Assembly (NCBI GenBank): GCA_964057225.1 | Contig: OZ059895.1 | Span: forward strand, 11,036,001 to 11,100,000 | DNA from: Auanema rhodensis | Taxonomy: Eukaryota; Animalia; Nematoda | DNA length: 64,000 bases | Reading direction: 5' to 3' | Shown: in pieces, positions 37,308 through 52,000 of the stretch | Numbering within the stretch: the stretch's first letter is position 1 | Layout: each line of letters starts with the position of its first letter | The notes under the pieces: model-generated | Database searches by the model: none | The model's input: only the letters and a program-made list of their open reading frames with translations | Told to the model about the DNA's origin: nothing | Translations under genes and position numbers: made by a program

Positions 37308-40080
37308 CTGAAAATCAGCTGCATGGCGTTCTTTCAACGTGATATACTTGTAAGCGAAAATATCTGATATTCAATGATTTACATACTTATCCTCGTTATA
37401 GTTTTTTTCCAATTTCATGTTAGTTATGTAATTTTCCACGTTCCATCTGGATCCCTCGATGATATCAAATCTTATGTGCTCCAAATACAATAAATTGAAA
37501 AAGGTTTCACAGTTGTATAGTGTTTAAACAATGTTTGTTTTGATATGAAATAGATAGAAACAGTAAAGTTAAAATGAAGGTTCATTAACTACTGGTTTAT
37601 AACTGTAATATAGGAATAAGATTGAAGATAATTTGCTGCCTCCGGTTGAGCTATCTAAGTAAATCTACTTGAAAAGTGAAAACATTTGTTACGGAAGAGA
37701 TAAAATTGAAAATCAGCTGCATGGCGTACTTTTAACGTGGTATAGTTGTAAGCGAAAATATCTGGTATTCAATGATTTACATACTTATCCTCGTTATAGT
37801 TTTTTACCAATTTCATGTTAGTTATGTAATTTTCCACGTTCCATCTGGATCCCTCGATGATATCAAATTTTATGTGCTTCAAATGCAAAAAATTAAAAAA
37901 GGTTTTACAGTTGTTCAGTGTTATAACAATGTTTGTTTTGATAAGAAATAGACAGAAACAGTAAAGTTGAGAAAAAAATTCATTTACTGCTGGTTTATAA
38001 CTCTAAAAAAAAAAAAAGATTGAAGATACTTTGCTGCCTTGGGTTGAGCTCTTTAAGGAAAACTACTTGAAAATTGAAAACATTTGTTACGGAAGAGATA
38101 AAATTGAAAATCAGCTGCATGGCGTACTTTTAACGTGGTATAGTTGTAAGCGAAAATATCTGGTATTCAATGATTTACATAATTATCCTCGTTATAGTTT
38201 TTTTTCCAATTTCCTGTTAGTTATGTAATTTTCGACGTTCCATCTGGATCCCTCGATGATAGCAATTCTTATAAGCTCCAAATACAATAAATTAAAAAAG
38301 GTTTCACAGTTGTATAGTGTTTAAACAATGTTTGTTTCGATAGGGAATAGATACAAACAGTAAAGTTAAAATGAAGGTTCATTAACTACTGGTTTATAAC
38401 TGTAATATAGAAATAAGATTGAAGATAATTTTCTGCCGGGGGTTGCGCTATCTAAGTAAAACTACTTGACAATCGGAAACATTTGTTACAGAAGAGATAA
38501 AATTGAAAATCAGCTGCATGGCGTACTTATAACGTGGTATAGTTGTAAGCGAAAATATCTGGTATTCAATGATTTACATACTTATCCTCGTTACAGTTTT
38601 TTTTCCAATTTCCTGTTAGTTATGTAATTTTCGACGTTCCATCTGGATCCCTCGATGATAACAATTCTTATAAGCTTCAAATACAATAAATTAAAAAAGG
38701 TTTCACAGTTGTATAGTGTTTTAACAATGTTTGTTTCGATAGGAAATAGATAGAAACAGTGAAGTTGAGATAAAGGTTCATTAATTACTGGTTTATAACT
38801 GTAATGAAGAAATAAGATTAAAGATAATTTGCTGCCTTGGGTTGAGCTATCTAAGTAAAACTACTTAAAAAGTGAAAACATTGGTTACGGAAGAGATAAA
38901 ACTGAAAATCAGCTGCATGGCGTACTTTGAACGTGGTATAGTTGAAAGCGAAAATATCTGATTTTCAATGACTTAAATACTTATCCTCGTTATAGTATTT
39001 TTCCAATTTCATGTTAGTTATGTAACTTTCCATGTTTCATCTGGTTCCCTCGATGATATCAAAACATATGTGCTCCAAATACAATAAATCAAAAAAGAGT
39101 CTCACAGTTGTATAGTGTTTAAACAATGTTTGTTTCGATAGGAAATAGATAGAAACAGTAAAGTTGAGAGAAAGGTTCATTAACTACTGGTTTATGACTG
39201 TAATATAGAAAAAAGATTGAAGATAATTTGCTTCCTTGGGTTGAGCTATCTAAGTAAAACTACTTAAAAAGTGAAAACATTTGTTACGGAAGAGATAAAA
39301 CTGAAAATCAGCTGCATGGCGTTCTTTCAACGTGATATACTTGTAAGCGAAAATATCTGATATTCAATGATTTACATACTTATCCTCGTTATAGTTTTTT
39401 TCCAATTTCATGTTAGTTATGTAATTTTCCACGTTCCATCTGGATCCCTCGATGATATCAAATCTTATGTGCTCCAAATACAATAAATTGTAAAAGGTTT
39501 CACAGTTGTATAGTGTTTAAACAATGTTTGTTTTGATAGGAAATAGATAGAAACAGTAAAGTTAAAATGAAGGTTCATTAACTACTGGTTTATAACTGTA
39601 ATATAGGAATAAGATTGAAGATAATTTGCTGCCTCCGGTTGAGCTATCTAAGTAAATCTACTTGAAAAGTGAAAACATTTGTTACGGAAGAGATAAAATT
39701 GAAAATCAGCTGCATGGCATACTTTTAACGTGGTATAGTTGTAAGCGAAAATATCTGGTATTCAATGATTTACATACTTATCCTCGTTATAGTTTTTTAC
39801 CAATTTCATGTTAGTTATGTAATTTTCCACGTTCCATCTGGATCCCTCGATGATATCAAATTTTAGGTGCTCCAAATGCAAAAAATTAAAAAAGGTTTTA
39901 CAGTTGTTCAGTGTTTAAACAATGTTTGTTTTGATTAGAAATAGATAGAAACAGTAAAGTTGAGAAAAAAGTTCATTTACTGCTGGTTTATAACTGTAAA
40001 AAAAAAAAAAGATTGAAGATACTTTGCTGCCTTGGGTTGAGCTATTTAAGGAAAACTACTTGAAAATTGAAAACATTTGT
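26000..40080 (+). repeat. 5-mer/4-mer higher-order units marked by a CATATG (NdeI)/AAGAGTCTC monomer
   Basis: CATATG at 26311, 28304, 29898, 33485, 35478, 37072 and 39065 gives spacings 1993, 1594, 3587, 1993, 1594, 1993, i.e. 5, 4, 9, 5, 4, 5 monomers. Confidence 0.9.
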
Positions 40081-43000
40081 TACGGAAGAGATAAAATTGA
40101 AAATCAGCTGCATGGCGTACTTTGAACGTGGTATAGTTGAAAGCAAAAATATCTGATGTTCAATGATTTACATACTTATCCTCGTTATGGTATTTTTCCA
40201 ATTTCATGTTAGTTATGTAACTTTCCACGTGCCATCTGGTTCCCTCGATGATATCAAAGCTTATGTGCTCCAAATACAATAAATCAAAAAAGGGTTTCAC
40301 AGTAGTATAGTGTTTAAACAATGTTTGTTTCGATAGGAAATAGATAGAAACAGTAAAGTTAAGATGAAGGTTTATTAACTACTGATTTATGACTGTAATA
40401 TAGAAATAAGATTGAAGATAATTTGCTGCCTCCGGTTGAGCTATCTAAGTAAATCTACTTGAAAAGCGAAAAAATTTGTTACGGAAGAGATAAAATTGAA
40501 AATCAGCTGCATGTCGTACTTTCAACGTGGTATAGTTGAAAGCGAAAATATCTGATTTTCAATGATTTACATACTTGTCCTCGTTATAGTTTTTTTCCAA
40601 TTTCATGTTAGTTATGTAACTTTCCACGTTCCATCTGGTTCCCTCGATGATATCAAAGCTTATGTGCTCCAAATACAATAAATCAAAAAAGGGTTTCACA
40701 GTTGTATAGTGTTTAAACAATGTTCGTTCCGATAGGAAATAGATAAAAACAGTAAAGTTAAGATGAAGGTTCATTAACTACTGGTTTATGACTGTAATAT
40801 AGAAATAAGATTGAAGATAATTTGCTGCCTCCGGTTGAGCTATCTAAGTAAATCTACTTGAAAAGTGAAAACATTTGTTACGGAAGAGATAAAATTGAAA
40901 ATCAGCTGCATGGCGTACTTTTAACGTGGTATAGTTGTAAGCGAAAATATTTGATATTCAATGATTTACATACTTATCATCGTTATAGTTTTTTTTTCAA
41001 TTTCATGTTAGTTATGTAATTTTCCACGTTCCATCTGGATCCCTCGATGATATCAAATTTTATGTGCTCCAAATGAAAAAAATTAAAAAAGGTTTCACAG
41101 TTGTTCAGTGTTCAAACAATGTTTGTTTTGATAAGAAATAGATAGAAACAGTAAAGTTAAGAGAAAAGTTCATTTACTGCTGGTTTATAACTGTAGAAAA
41201 AAAAAAAGATTGAAGATAATTTTCTGCCTTGGGTTGAGCTACCTAAGTAAAACTACTTGAAAATCGGAAACATTTGTTACAGAAGAGATAAAATTGAAAA
41301 TCAGCTGCATTGCGTACTTTCAACGTGGTATAGTTGTAAGCGAAAATATCTGATATTCAATGATTAACATACTTATCCTCGTTATAGTTTTTTTTCCAAT
41401 TTCATGTTAGTTATGTAATTTTCCACGTTCCATCTGGTTTCCTCGATGATATCAAATCTTATGTGCTCCAAATACAATAAATTGAAAAAGGTTTCACAGT
41501 TGTATAGTGTTTTAACAATGTTTGTTTCGATAGGAAATAGATAGAAACAGTAAAGTTGAGATAAAGGTTCATTAATTACTGGTTTATAACTGTAATGTAG
41601 AAATAAGATTAAAGATAATTTGCTGCCTTGGGTTGAGCTATCTAAGTAAAACTATTTAAAAAGTGAAAACATTTGTTACGGAAGAGATAAAATTGAAAAT
41701 CAGCTGCATGGCGTACTTTCAACGTGGTATACTTGTAAGCGAAAATTTCTGATATTCAATGATTTACATACTTATCCTCGTTATAGTTTTTTTCCAATTT
41801 TATGTTAGTTATGTAATTTTCCACGTTGCATCTGGTTCCCTCGATGATATCAAATCTTATGTGCTCCAAATACAATAAATTGAAAAAGGTTTCACAGTTG
41901 TATAGTGTTTAAACAATGTTTGTTTTGATAGGAAATAGATAGAAACAGTAAAGTTAAATTGAAGGTTCATTAACTACTGGTTTATAACTGTAATATAGGA
42001 ATAAGATTGAAGATAATTTTCTGCCTTGGGTTGAGCTACCTAAGTAAAACTACTTGAAAATCGGAAACATTTGTTACAGAAGAGATAAAATTGAAAATCA
42101 GCTGCATTGCGTACTTTCAACGTGATATAGTTGTAAGCGAAAATATCTGATATTCAATGATTAACATACTTATCCTCGTTATAGTTTTTTTTCCAATTTC
42201 ATGTTAGTTATGTAATTTTCCACGTTCCATCTGGTTCCCTCGATGATATCAAATCTTATGTGCTCCAAATACAATAAATTAAAAAAGGTTTCACAGTTGT
42301 ATAGTGTTTTAACAATGTTTGTTTCGATAGGAAATAGATAGAAACAGTAAAGTTGAGATAAAGGTTCATTAATTACTGGTTTATAACTGTAATGTAGAAA
42401 TAAGATTAAAGATAATTTGCTGCCTTGGGTTGAGCTATCTAAGTAAAACTATTTAAAAAGTGAAAACATTTGTTACGGAAGAGATAAAATTGAAAATCAG
42501 CTGCATGGCGTACTTTCAACGTAGTATACTAGTAAGCGAAAATATCTGATATTCAATGATTTACATACTTATCCTCATTATAGTTTTTTTCCAATTTCAT
42601 GTTAGTTATGTAATTTTCCACGTTCCATCTCGATCCCTCGATGATATCAAATTTTGTGTGCTCCAAATACAATAAATCAAAAAAGGGTTTCACAGTTGTA
42701 TAGTGTTTAAACAATGTTTGTTTCGATAGGAAATAGATAAAAACAGTAAAGTTAAGATGAAGGTTCATTAACTACTGGTTTATGACTGTAATATAGAAAT
42801 AAGATTGAAGATAATTTGCTGCCTCCGGTTGAGCTATCTAAGTAAATCTACTTGAAAAGTGAAAACATTTGTTACGAAAGAGATAAAATTGAAAATCAGC
42901 TGCATGACGTTCTTTTATTGTGGTATAGTTGTAAGCGAAAATATCTGATATTCAATGATTAACATACTTATCCTCGTTATAGTTTTTTTTCCAATTTCAT

Positions 43001-43099
43001 GTTAGTTATGTAATTTTCCACGTTCCATCTGGATCCCTCGATGATATCAAATTTTATGTGCTCCAAATGCAAAAAATTAAAAAAGGTTTTACAGTTGTT

Positions 43100-46000
43100 C
43101 AGTGTTTAAACAATGTTTGTTTTGATAAGAAATAGATAGAAACAGTAAAGTTGAAAGAAAGGTTCATTTACTGCTGGTTTATAACTGTAAAATAAAAAAA
43201 AGATTGAAGATACTTTGCTGCCTTGGGTTGAGCTATTTAAAGAAAACTACTTGAAAATTGAAAACATTTGTTACGGAAGAGATAAAATTGAAAATCAGCT
43301 GCATGGCGTACTTTTAACGTGGTATAGTTGTAAGCGAAAATATCTGGTATTCAATGATTTACATACTTATCATCGTAATAGTTTTTTTTCAATTTCATGT
43401 TAGTTATGTAATTTTCCACGTTGCATCTGGTTCCCTCGATGATATCAAATCTTATGTGCTCCAAATACAATAAAATGAAGAAGGTTTCACAGTTGTATAG
43501 TGTTTAAACAATGTTTGTTTTGATAGGAAATAGATAGAAACAGTAAAGTTAAAATGAAGGTTCATTAACTACTGGTTTATAACTGTCATATAGGAATAAG
43601 ATTGAAGATAATTTTCTGCCTTGGGTTGAGCTACCTAAGTAAAACTACTTGAAAATCGGAAACATTTGTTACAGAAGAGATAAAATTGAAAATCAGCTGC
43701 ATGGCGTACTTTCAACGTGGTATAGTTGTGAGCGAAAATATCTGATATTCAATGATTAAAATACTTATCCTCGTTATAGTTTTTTTTCCAATTTCATGTT
43801 AGTTATGTAATTTTCCACGTTCCATCTAGTTCCCTCGATGATATCAAATCTTATGTGCTCCAAATACAATAAATTAAAAAAGGTTTCACAGTTGTATAGT
43901 GTTTTAACAATGTTTGTTTCGATAGGAAATAGATAGAAACAGTAAAGTTGAAATAAAGGTTCATTAATTACTGGTTTATAACTGTAATGTAGAAATAAGA
44001 TTAAAGATAATTTGCTGCCTTGGGTTGAGCTATCTAAGTAAAACTGCTTAAAAAGTGAAAACATTTGTTACGTTAGAGATAAAATTGAAAATCAGCTGCA
44101 TGGCGTACTTTCAACGTGGTATACTTGTAAGCGAAAATATCTGATATTCAATGATTTACATACTTATCCTCGTTATAGTTTTTTTCCAATTTCATGTTAG
44201 TTATGTAATTTTCCACGTTCCATCTGGATCCCTCGATGATATCAAATTTAATGTGCTCCAAATGCAAAAAATTAAAAAAGGTTTTACAGTTGTTCAGTGT
44301 TTAAACAATGTTTGTTTTAATAAGAAATAGATAGAAACAGTAAAGTTGAAAGAAAGGTTCATTTACTGCTGGTTTATAACTGTAAAATAAAAAAAAGATT
44401 GAAGATACTTTGCTGCCTTGGGTTGAGCTATTTAAAGAAAACTACTTGAAAATTGAAAACATTTGTTACGGAAGAGATAAAATTGAAAATCAGCTGCATG
44501 GCGTACTTTTAACGTGGTATAGTTGTAAGCGAAAATATCTGGTATTCAATGATTTACATACTTATCATCGTAATAGTTTTTTTTCAATTTCATGTTAGTT
44601 ATGTAATTTTCCACGTTGCATCTGGTTCCCTCAATGATATCAAATCTTATGTGCTCCAAATACAATAAAATGAAAAAGGTTTCACAGTTGTATAGTGTTT
44701 AAACAATGTTTGTTTTGATAGGAAATAGATAGAAACAGTAAAGTTAAAATGAAGGTTCATTAACTACTGGTTTATAACTGTGATATAGGAATAAGATTAA
44801 AGATAATTTGCTGCCTTGGGTTGAGCTATCTAAGTAAATCTACTTGAAAAGTGAAAACATTTGTTACGGAAGAGATAAAATTGAAAATCAGCTGCATGGC
44901 GTACTTTCAACGTGGTATAGTTGAAAGCGAAAATATCTGATATTCAGTGATTTACATACTTATCCTCGTTATAGTATTTTTCCAATTTCATGTTAGTTAT
45001 GTAACTTTCCACGTTTCATCTGGTTCCCTCGATGATATCAAAGCTTATGTGCTCCAAATACAATGAATCAAAAAAGGGTTTCACAGTTGTATAGTGTTTA
45101 AACAATGTTTGTTTCGATAGGAAATAGATAGAAACAGTGAAGTTAAGATGAAGGTTCATTAACTACTGGTTTATGACTGTAATATAGAAATAAGATTAAA
45201 GATAATTTGCTGCCTCCGGTTGAGCTATCTAAGTAAATCTACTTGAAAAGTGAAAACATTTGTTACGGAAGAGATAAAATTGAAAATCAGCTGCATGACG
45301 TACTTTCAACGTGGTATACTTGTAAGCGAAAATATCTGATATTCAATGATTTACATACTTATCCTCGTTATAGTTTTTTTCCAATTTCATGTTAGTTATG
45401 TGATTTTCGACGTTCCATCTGGATCCCTCGATAATAGCAGTTCTTATAAGCTCCAAATACAATAAATTAAAAAAGGTTTCACAGTTGTATAGTGTTTTAA
45501 CAATGTTTGTTTCGATAGGAAATAGATAGAAACAGTAAAGTTGAAATAAAGGTTCATTAATTACTGGTTTATAACTGTAATGTAGAAATAAGATTAAAGA
45601 TAATTTGCTGCCTTGGGTTGAGCTATCTAAGTAAAACTGCTTAAAAAGTGAAAACATTTGTTACGTTAGAGATAAAATTGAAAATCAGCTGCATGGCGTA
45701 CTTTCAACGTGGTATACTTGTAAGCGAAAATATCTGATATTCAATGATTTACATACTTATCCTCGTTATAGTTTTTTTCCAATTTCATGTTAGTTATGTA
45801 ATTTTCCACGTTCCATCTGGATCCCTCGATGATATCAAATTTAATGTGCTCCAAATGCAAAAAATTAAAAAAGGTTTCACAGTTGTATAGTGTTTAAACA
45901 ATGTTTGTTTCGATAGGAAATAGATACAAACAGTAAAATTAAAATGAAGGTTCATTAACTACTGGTTTATAACTGTAATATAGAAATAAGATTGAAGATA

Positions 46001-49000
46001 ATTTCCTGCCGGGGGTTGCGCTATCTAAGTAAAACTACTTGACAATCGGAAACATTTGTTACAGAAGAGATAAAATTGAAAATCAGCTGCATGGCGTACT
46101 TTTAACGTGGTATAGTTGTAAGCGAAAATATCTGGTATTCAATGATTTACATACTTATCCTCGTTATAGTTTTTTTCCAATTTCATGTTAGTTATGTAAT
46201 TTTCCACGTTCCATCTCGATCCCTCGATGATATCAAATTTTATGTGCTCCAAATACAATAAATCAAAAAAGGGTTTCACAGTTGTATAGTGTTTAAACAA
46301 TGTTTGTTTCGATAGGAAATAGATAAAAACAGTGAAGTTGAAAGAAAGGTTCATTTACTGCTGGTTTATGACTGTAAAATAAGAAAAAGATTGAAGATAC
46401 TTTGCTGCCTTGGGTTGAGCTATTTAAGGAAAACTACTTGAAAATTGAAAACATTTGTTACGGAAGAGATAAAATTGAAAATCAGCTGCATGGCGTACTT
46501 TTAACGTGGTATAGTTGTAAGCGAAAATATCTGGTATTCAATGATTTACATACTTATCCTCGTTATAGTTTTTTTTTCCAATTTCATGTTAGTTATGTAA
46601 TTTTCCACGTTCCATCTCGATCCCTCGATGATATCAAATTTTATGTGCTCCAAATACAATGAATCAAAAAAGGGTTTCACAGTTGTATAGTGTTTAAACA
46701 ATGTTTGTTTCGATAGGAAATAGATAGAAACAGTGAAGTTAAGATGAAGGTTCATTAACTACTGGTTTATGACTGTAATATAGAAATAAGATTAAAGATA
46801 ATTTGCTGCCTCCGGTTGAGCTATCTAAGTAAATCTACTTGAAAAGTGAAAACATTTGTTACGGAAGAGATAAAATTGAAAATCAGCTGCATGGCGTACT
46901 TTCAACGTGGTATACTTGTAAGCGAAAATATCTGATATTCAATGATTTACATACTTATCCTCGTTATAGTTTTTTTCCAATTTCATGTTAGTTATGTAAT
47001 TTTCCACGTTCCATCTAGTTCCCTCGATGATATCAAATCTTATGTGCTCCAAATACAATAAATTAAAAAAGGTTTCACAGTTGTATAGTGTTTTAACAAT
47101 GTTTGTTTCGATAGGAAATAGATAGAAACAGTAAAGTTGAAATAAAGGTTCATTAATTACTGGTTTATAACTGTAATGTAGAAATAAGATTAAAGATAAT
47201 TTGCTGCCTTGGGTTGAGCTATCTAAGTAAAACTGCTTAAAAAGTGAAAACATTTGTTACGTTAGAGATAAAATTGAAAATCAGCTGCATGGCGTACTTT
47301 CAACGTGGTATACTTGTAAGCGAAAATATCTGATATTCAATGATTTACATACTTATCCTCGTTATAGTTTTTTTCCAATTTCATGTTAGTTATGTAATTT
47401 TCCACGTTCCATCTGGATCCCTCGATGATATCAAATTTAATGTGCTCCAAATGCAAAAAATTAAAAAAGGTTTTACAGTTGTTCAGTGTTTAAACAATGT
47501 TTGTTTTGATAAGAAATAGATAGAAACAGTAAAGTTGAAAGAAAGGTTCATTTACTGCTGGTTTATAACTGTAAAATAAAAAAAAGATTGAAGATACTTT
47601 GCTGCCTTGGGTTGAGCTATTTAAAGAAAACTACTTGAAAATTGAAAACATTTGTTACGGAAGAGATAAAATTGAAAATCAGCTGCATGGCGTACTTTTA
47701 ACGTGGTATAGTTGTAAGCGAAAATATCTGGTATTCAATGATTTACATACTTATCCTCGTTATAGTTTTTTTTTCCAATTTCCTGTTAGTTATGTAATTT
47801 TCGACGTTCCATCTGGATCCCTCGATGATAGCAATTCTTATAAGCTCCAAATACAATAAAATAAAAAAGGTTTCACAGTTGTAAAGTGTTTAAACAATGT
47901 TTGTTTCGATAGGGAATAGATACAAACAGTAAAGTTAAAATGAAGGTTCATTAACTACTGGTTTATAACTGTAATATAAAAATAAGATTGAAGATAATTT
48001 TCTGCCGGGGGTTGCGCTATCTAAGTAAAACTACTTGACAATCGGAAACATTTGTTACAGAAGAGATAAAATTGAAAATCAGCTGCATGGCGTACTTTTA
48101 ACGTGGTATAGTTGTAAGCGAAAATATTTGGTATTCAATGATTTACATACTTATCATCGTAATAGTTTTTTTTCAATTTCATGTTAGTTATGTAATTTTC
48201 CACGTTGCATCTGGTTCCCTCGATGTTATCAAATCTTATGTGCTCCAAATACAATAAAATGAAAAAGGTTTCACAGTTGTATAGTGTTTAAACAATGTTT
48301 GTTTTGATAGGAAATAGATAGAAACAGTAAAGTTAAAATGAAGGTTCATTAACTACTGGTTTATAACTGTCATATAGGAATAAGATTGAAGATAATTTTC
48401 TGCCTTGGGTTGAGCTACCTAAGTAAAACTACTTGAAAATCGGAAACATTTGTTACAGAAGAGATAAAATTGAAAATCAGCTGCATGGCGTACTTTCAAC
48501 GTGGTATAGTTGTGAGCGAAAATATCTGATATTCAATGATTAAAATACTTATCCTCGTTATAGTTTTTTTTCCAATTTCATGTTAGTTATGTAATTTTCC
48601 ACGTTCCATCTGGTTCCCTCGATGATATCAAATCTTATGTGCTCCAAATACAATAAATTAAAAAAGGTTTCACAGTTGTATAGTGTTTTAACAATGTTTG
48701 TTTCGATAGGAAATAGATAGAAACAGTAAAGTTGAAATAAAGGTTCATTAATTACTGGTTTATAACTGTAATGTAGAAATAAGATTAAAGATAATTTGCT
48801 GTCTTGGGTTCAGCTATCTAAGTAAAACTACTTAAGAAGTGAAAACATTTGTTACGTTAGAGATAAAATTGAAAATCAGCTGCATGGCGTACTTTCAACG
48901 TGGTATAGTTGAAAGCGAAAATATCTGATATTCAGTGATTTACATACTTATCCTCGTTATAGTATTTTTCCAATTTCATGTTAGTTATGTAACTTTCCAC

Positions 49001-52000
49001 GTGCCATCTAGTTCCCTCGATGATATCAAAGTTTATGTGCTCCAAATACAATAAATCAAAAAAGGGTTTCACAGTTGTACAGTGTTTAAACAATGTTTGT
49101 TTTGATAGGAAATAGATAGAAACAGTAAAGTTAAAATGAAGGTTCATTAACTACTGGTTTATAACTGTCATATAGGAATAAGATTGAAGATAATTTTCTG
49201 CCTTGGGTTGAGCTACCTAAGTAAAACTACTTGAAAATCGGAAACATTTGTTACAGAAGAGATAAAATTGAAAATCAGCTGCATGGCGTACTTTCAACGT
49301 GGTATAGTTGTGAGCGAAAATATCTGATATTCAATGATTAAAATACTTATCCTCGTTATAGTTTTTTTTCCAATTTCATGTTAGTTAAGTAATTTTCCAC
49401 GTTCCATCTAGTTCCCTCGATGATATCAAATCTTATGTGCTCCAAATACAATAAATTAAAAAAGGTTTCACAGTTGTATAGTGTTTTAACAATGTTTGTT
49501 TCGATAGGAAATAGATAGAAACAGTAAAGTTGAAATAAAGGTTCATTAATTACTGGTTTATAACTGTAATGTAGAAATAAGATTAAAGATAATTTGCTGC
49601 CTTGGGTTGAGCTATCTAAGTAAAACTACTTAAAAAGTGAAAACATTTGTTACGTTAGAGATAAAATTGAAAATCAGCTGCATGGCGTACTTTCAACGTG
49701 GTATACTTGTAAGCGAAAATATCTGATATTCAATGATTTACATACTTATCCTCGTTATAGTTTTTTTCCAATTTCATGTTAGTTATGTAATTTTCCACGT
49801 TCCATCTGGATCCCTCGATGATATCAAATTTAATGTGCTCCAAATGCAAAAAATTAAAAAAGGTTTTACAGTTGTTCAGTGTTTAAACAATGTTTGTTTT
49901 GATAAGAAATAGATAGAAACAGTAAAGTTGAAAGAAAGGTTCATTTACTGCTGGTTTATAACTGTAATGTAGAAATAAGATTAAAGATAATTTGCTGCCT
50001 TGGGTTGAGCTATCTAAGTAAAACTACTTAAAAAGTGAAAACATTTGTTACGTTAGAGATAAAATTGAAAATCAGCTGCATGGCGTACTTTCAACGTGGT
50101 ATACTTGTAAGCGAAAATATCTGATATTCAATGATTTACATACTTATCCTCGTTATAGTTTTTTTCCAATTTCATGTTAGTTATGTAATTTTCCACGTTC
50201 CATCTGGATCCCTCGATGATATCAAATTTAATGTGCTCCAAATGCAAAAAATTAAAAAAGGTTTTACAGTTGTTCAGTGTTTAAACAATGTTTGTTTTGA
50301 TAAGAAATAGATAGAAACAGTAAAGTTGAAAGAAAGGTTCATTTACTGCTGGTTTATAACTGTAAAATAAAAAAAAGATTGAAGATACTTTGCTGCCTTG
50401 GGTTGAGCTATTTAAAGAAAACTACTTGAAAATTGAAAACATTTGTTACGGAAGAGATAAAATTGAAAATCAGCTGCATGGCGTACTTTTAACGTGGTAT
50501 AGTTGTAAGCGAAAATATCTGGTATTCAATGATTTACATACTTATCATCGTAATAGTTTTTTTTCAATTTAATGTTAGTTATGTAATTTTCCACGTTGCA
50601 TCTGGTTCCCTAAATGATATCAAATCTTATGTGCTCCAAATACAATAAAATGAAAAAGGTTTCACAGTTGTATAGTGTTTAAACAATGTTTGTTTTGATA
50701 GGAAATAGATAGAAACAGTAAAGTTAAAATGAAGGTTCATTAACTACTGGTTTATAACTGTGATATAGGAATAAGATTAAAGATAATTTGCTGCCTTGGG
50801 TTGAGCTATCTAAGTAAATCTACTTGAAAAGTGAAAACATTTGTTACAAAAGAGTTAAAATTGAAAATCAGCGGCATGGCGTACTTACAACGTGGTATAG
50901 TTGAAAGCGAAAATAACTGATTTCCAATGATTTACATACTTATCCTCGTTATAGTATTTTTCCAATTTCATGTTAGTTATGTAACTCTCCACGTTTCATC
51001 TGGTTCCCTCGATGATATCAAAGCTTATGTGCTCCAAATACAATGAATCAAAAAAGGGTTTCACAGTTGTATAGTGTTTAAACAATGTTTGTTTCGATAG
51101 GAAATAGATAGAAACAGTGAAGTTAAGATGAAGGTTCATTAACTACTGGTTTATGACTGTAATATAGAAATAAGATTAAAGATAATTTGCTGCCTCCGGT
51201 TGAGCTATCTAAGTAAATCTACTTGAAAAGTGAAAACATTTGTTACGGAAGAGATAAAATTGAAAATCAGCTGCATGGCGTACTTTCAACGTGGTATACT
51301 TGTGAGCGAAAATATCTGATATTCAATGATTTACATACTTATCCTCGTTATAGTTTTTTTCCAATTTCATGTTAGTTATGTGATTTTCGAAGTTCCATCT
51401 GGATCCCTCGATAATAGCAGTTCTTATAAGCTCCAAATACAATAAATTAAAAAAGGTTTCACAGTTGTATAGTGTTTAAACAATGTTTGTTTCGATAGGA
51501 AATAGATACAAACAGTAAAATTAAAATGAAGGTTCATTCACTACTGGTTTATAACTGTAATATAGAAATAAGATTGAAGATAATTTCCTGCCGGGGGTTG
51601 CGCTATCTAAGTAAAACTACTTGACAATCGGAAACATTTGTTACAGAAGAGATAAAATTGAAAATCAGCTGCATGGCGTACTTTTAACGTGGTATAGTTG
51701 TAAGCGAAAATATCTGGTATTCAATGATTTACATACTTATCCTCGTTATAGTTTTTTTCCAATTTCATGTTAGTTATGTAATTTTCCACGTTCCATCTCG
51801 ATCCCTCGATGATATCAAATTTTATGTGCTCCAAATACAATAAATCAAAAAAGGGTTTCACAGTTGTATAGTGTTTAAACAATGTTTGTTTCGATAGGAA
51901 ATAGATAAAAACAGTGAAGTTGAAAGAAAGGTTCATTTACTGCTGGTTTATGACTGTAAAATAAGAAAAAGATTGAAGATACTTTGCTGCCTTGGGTTGA

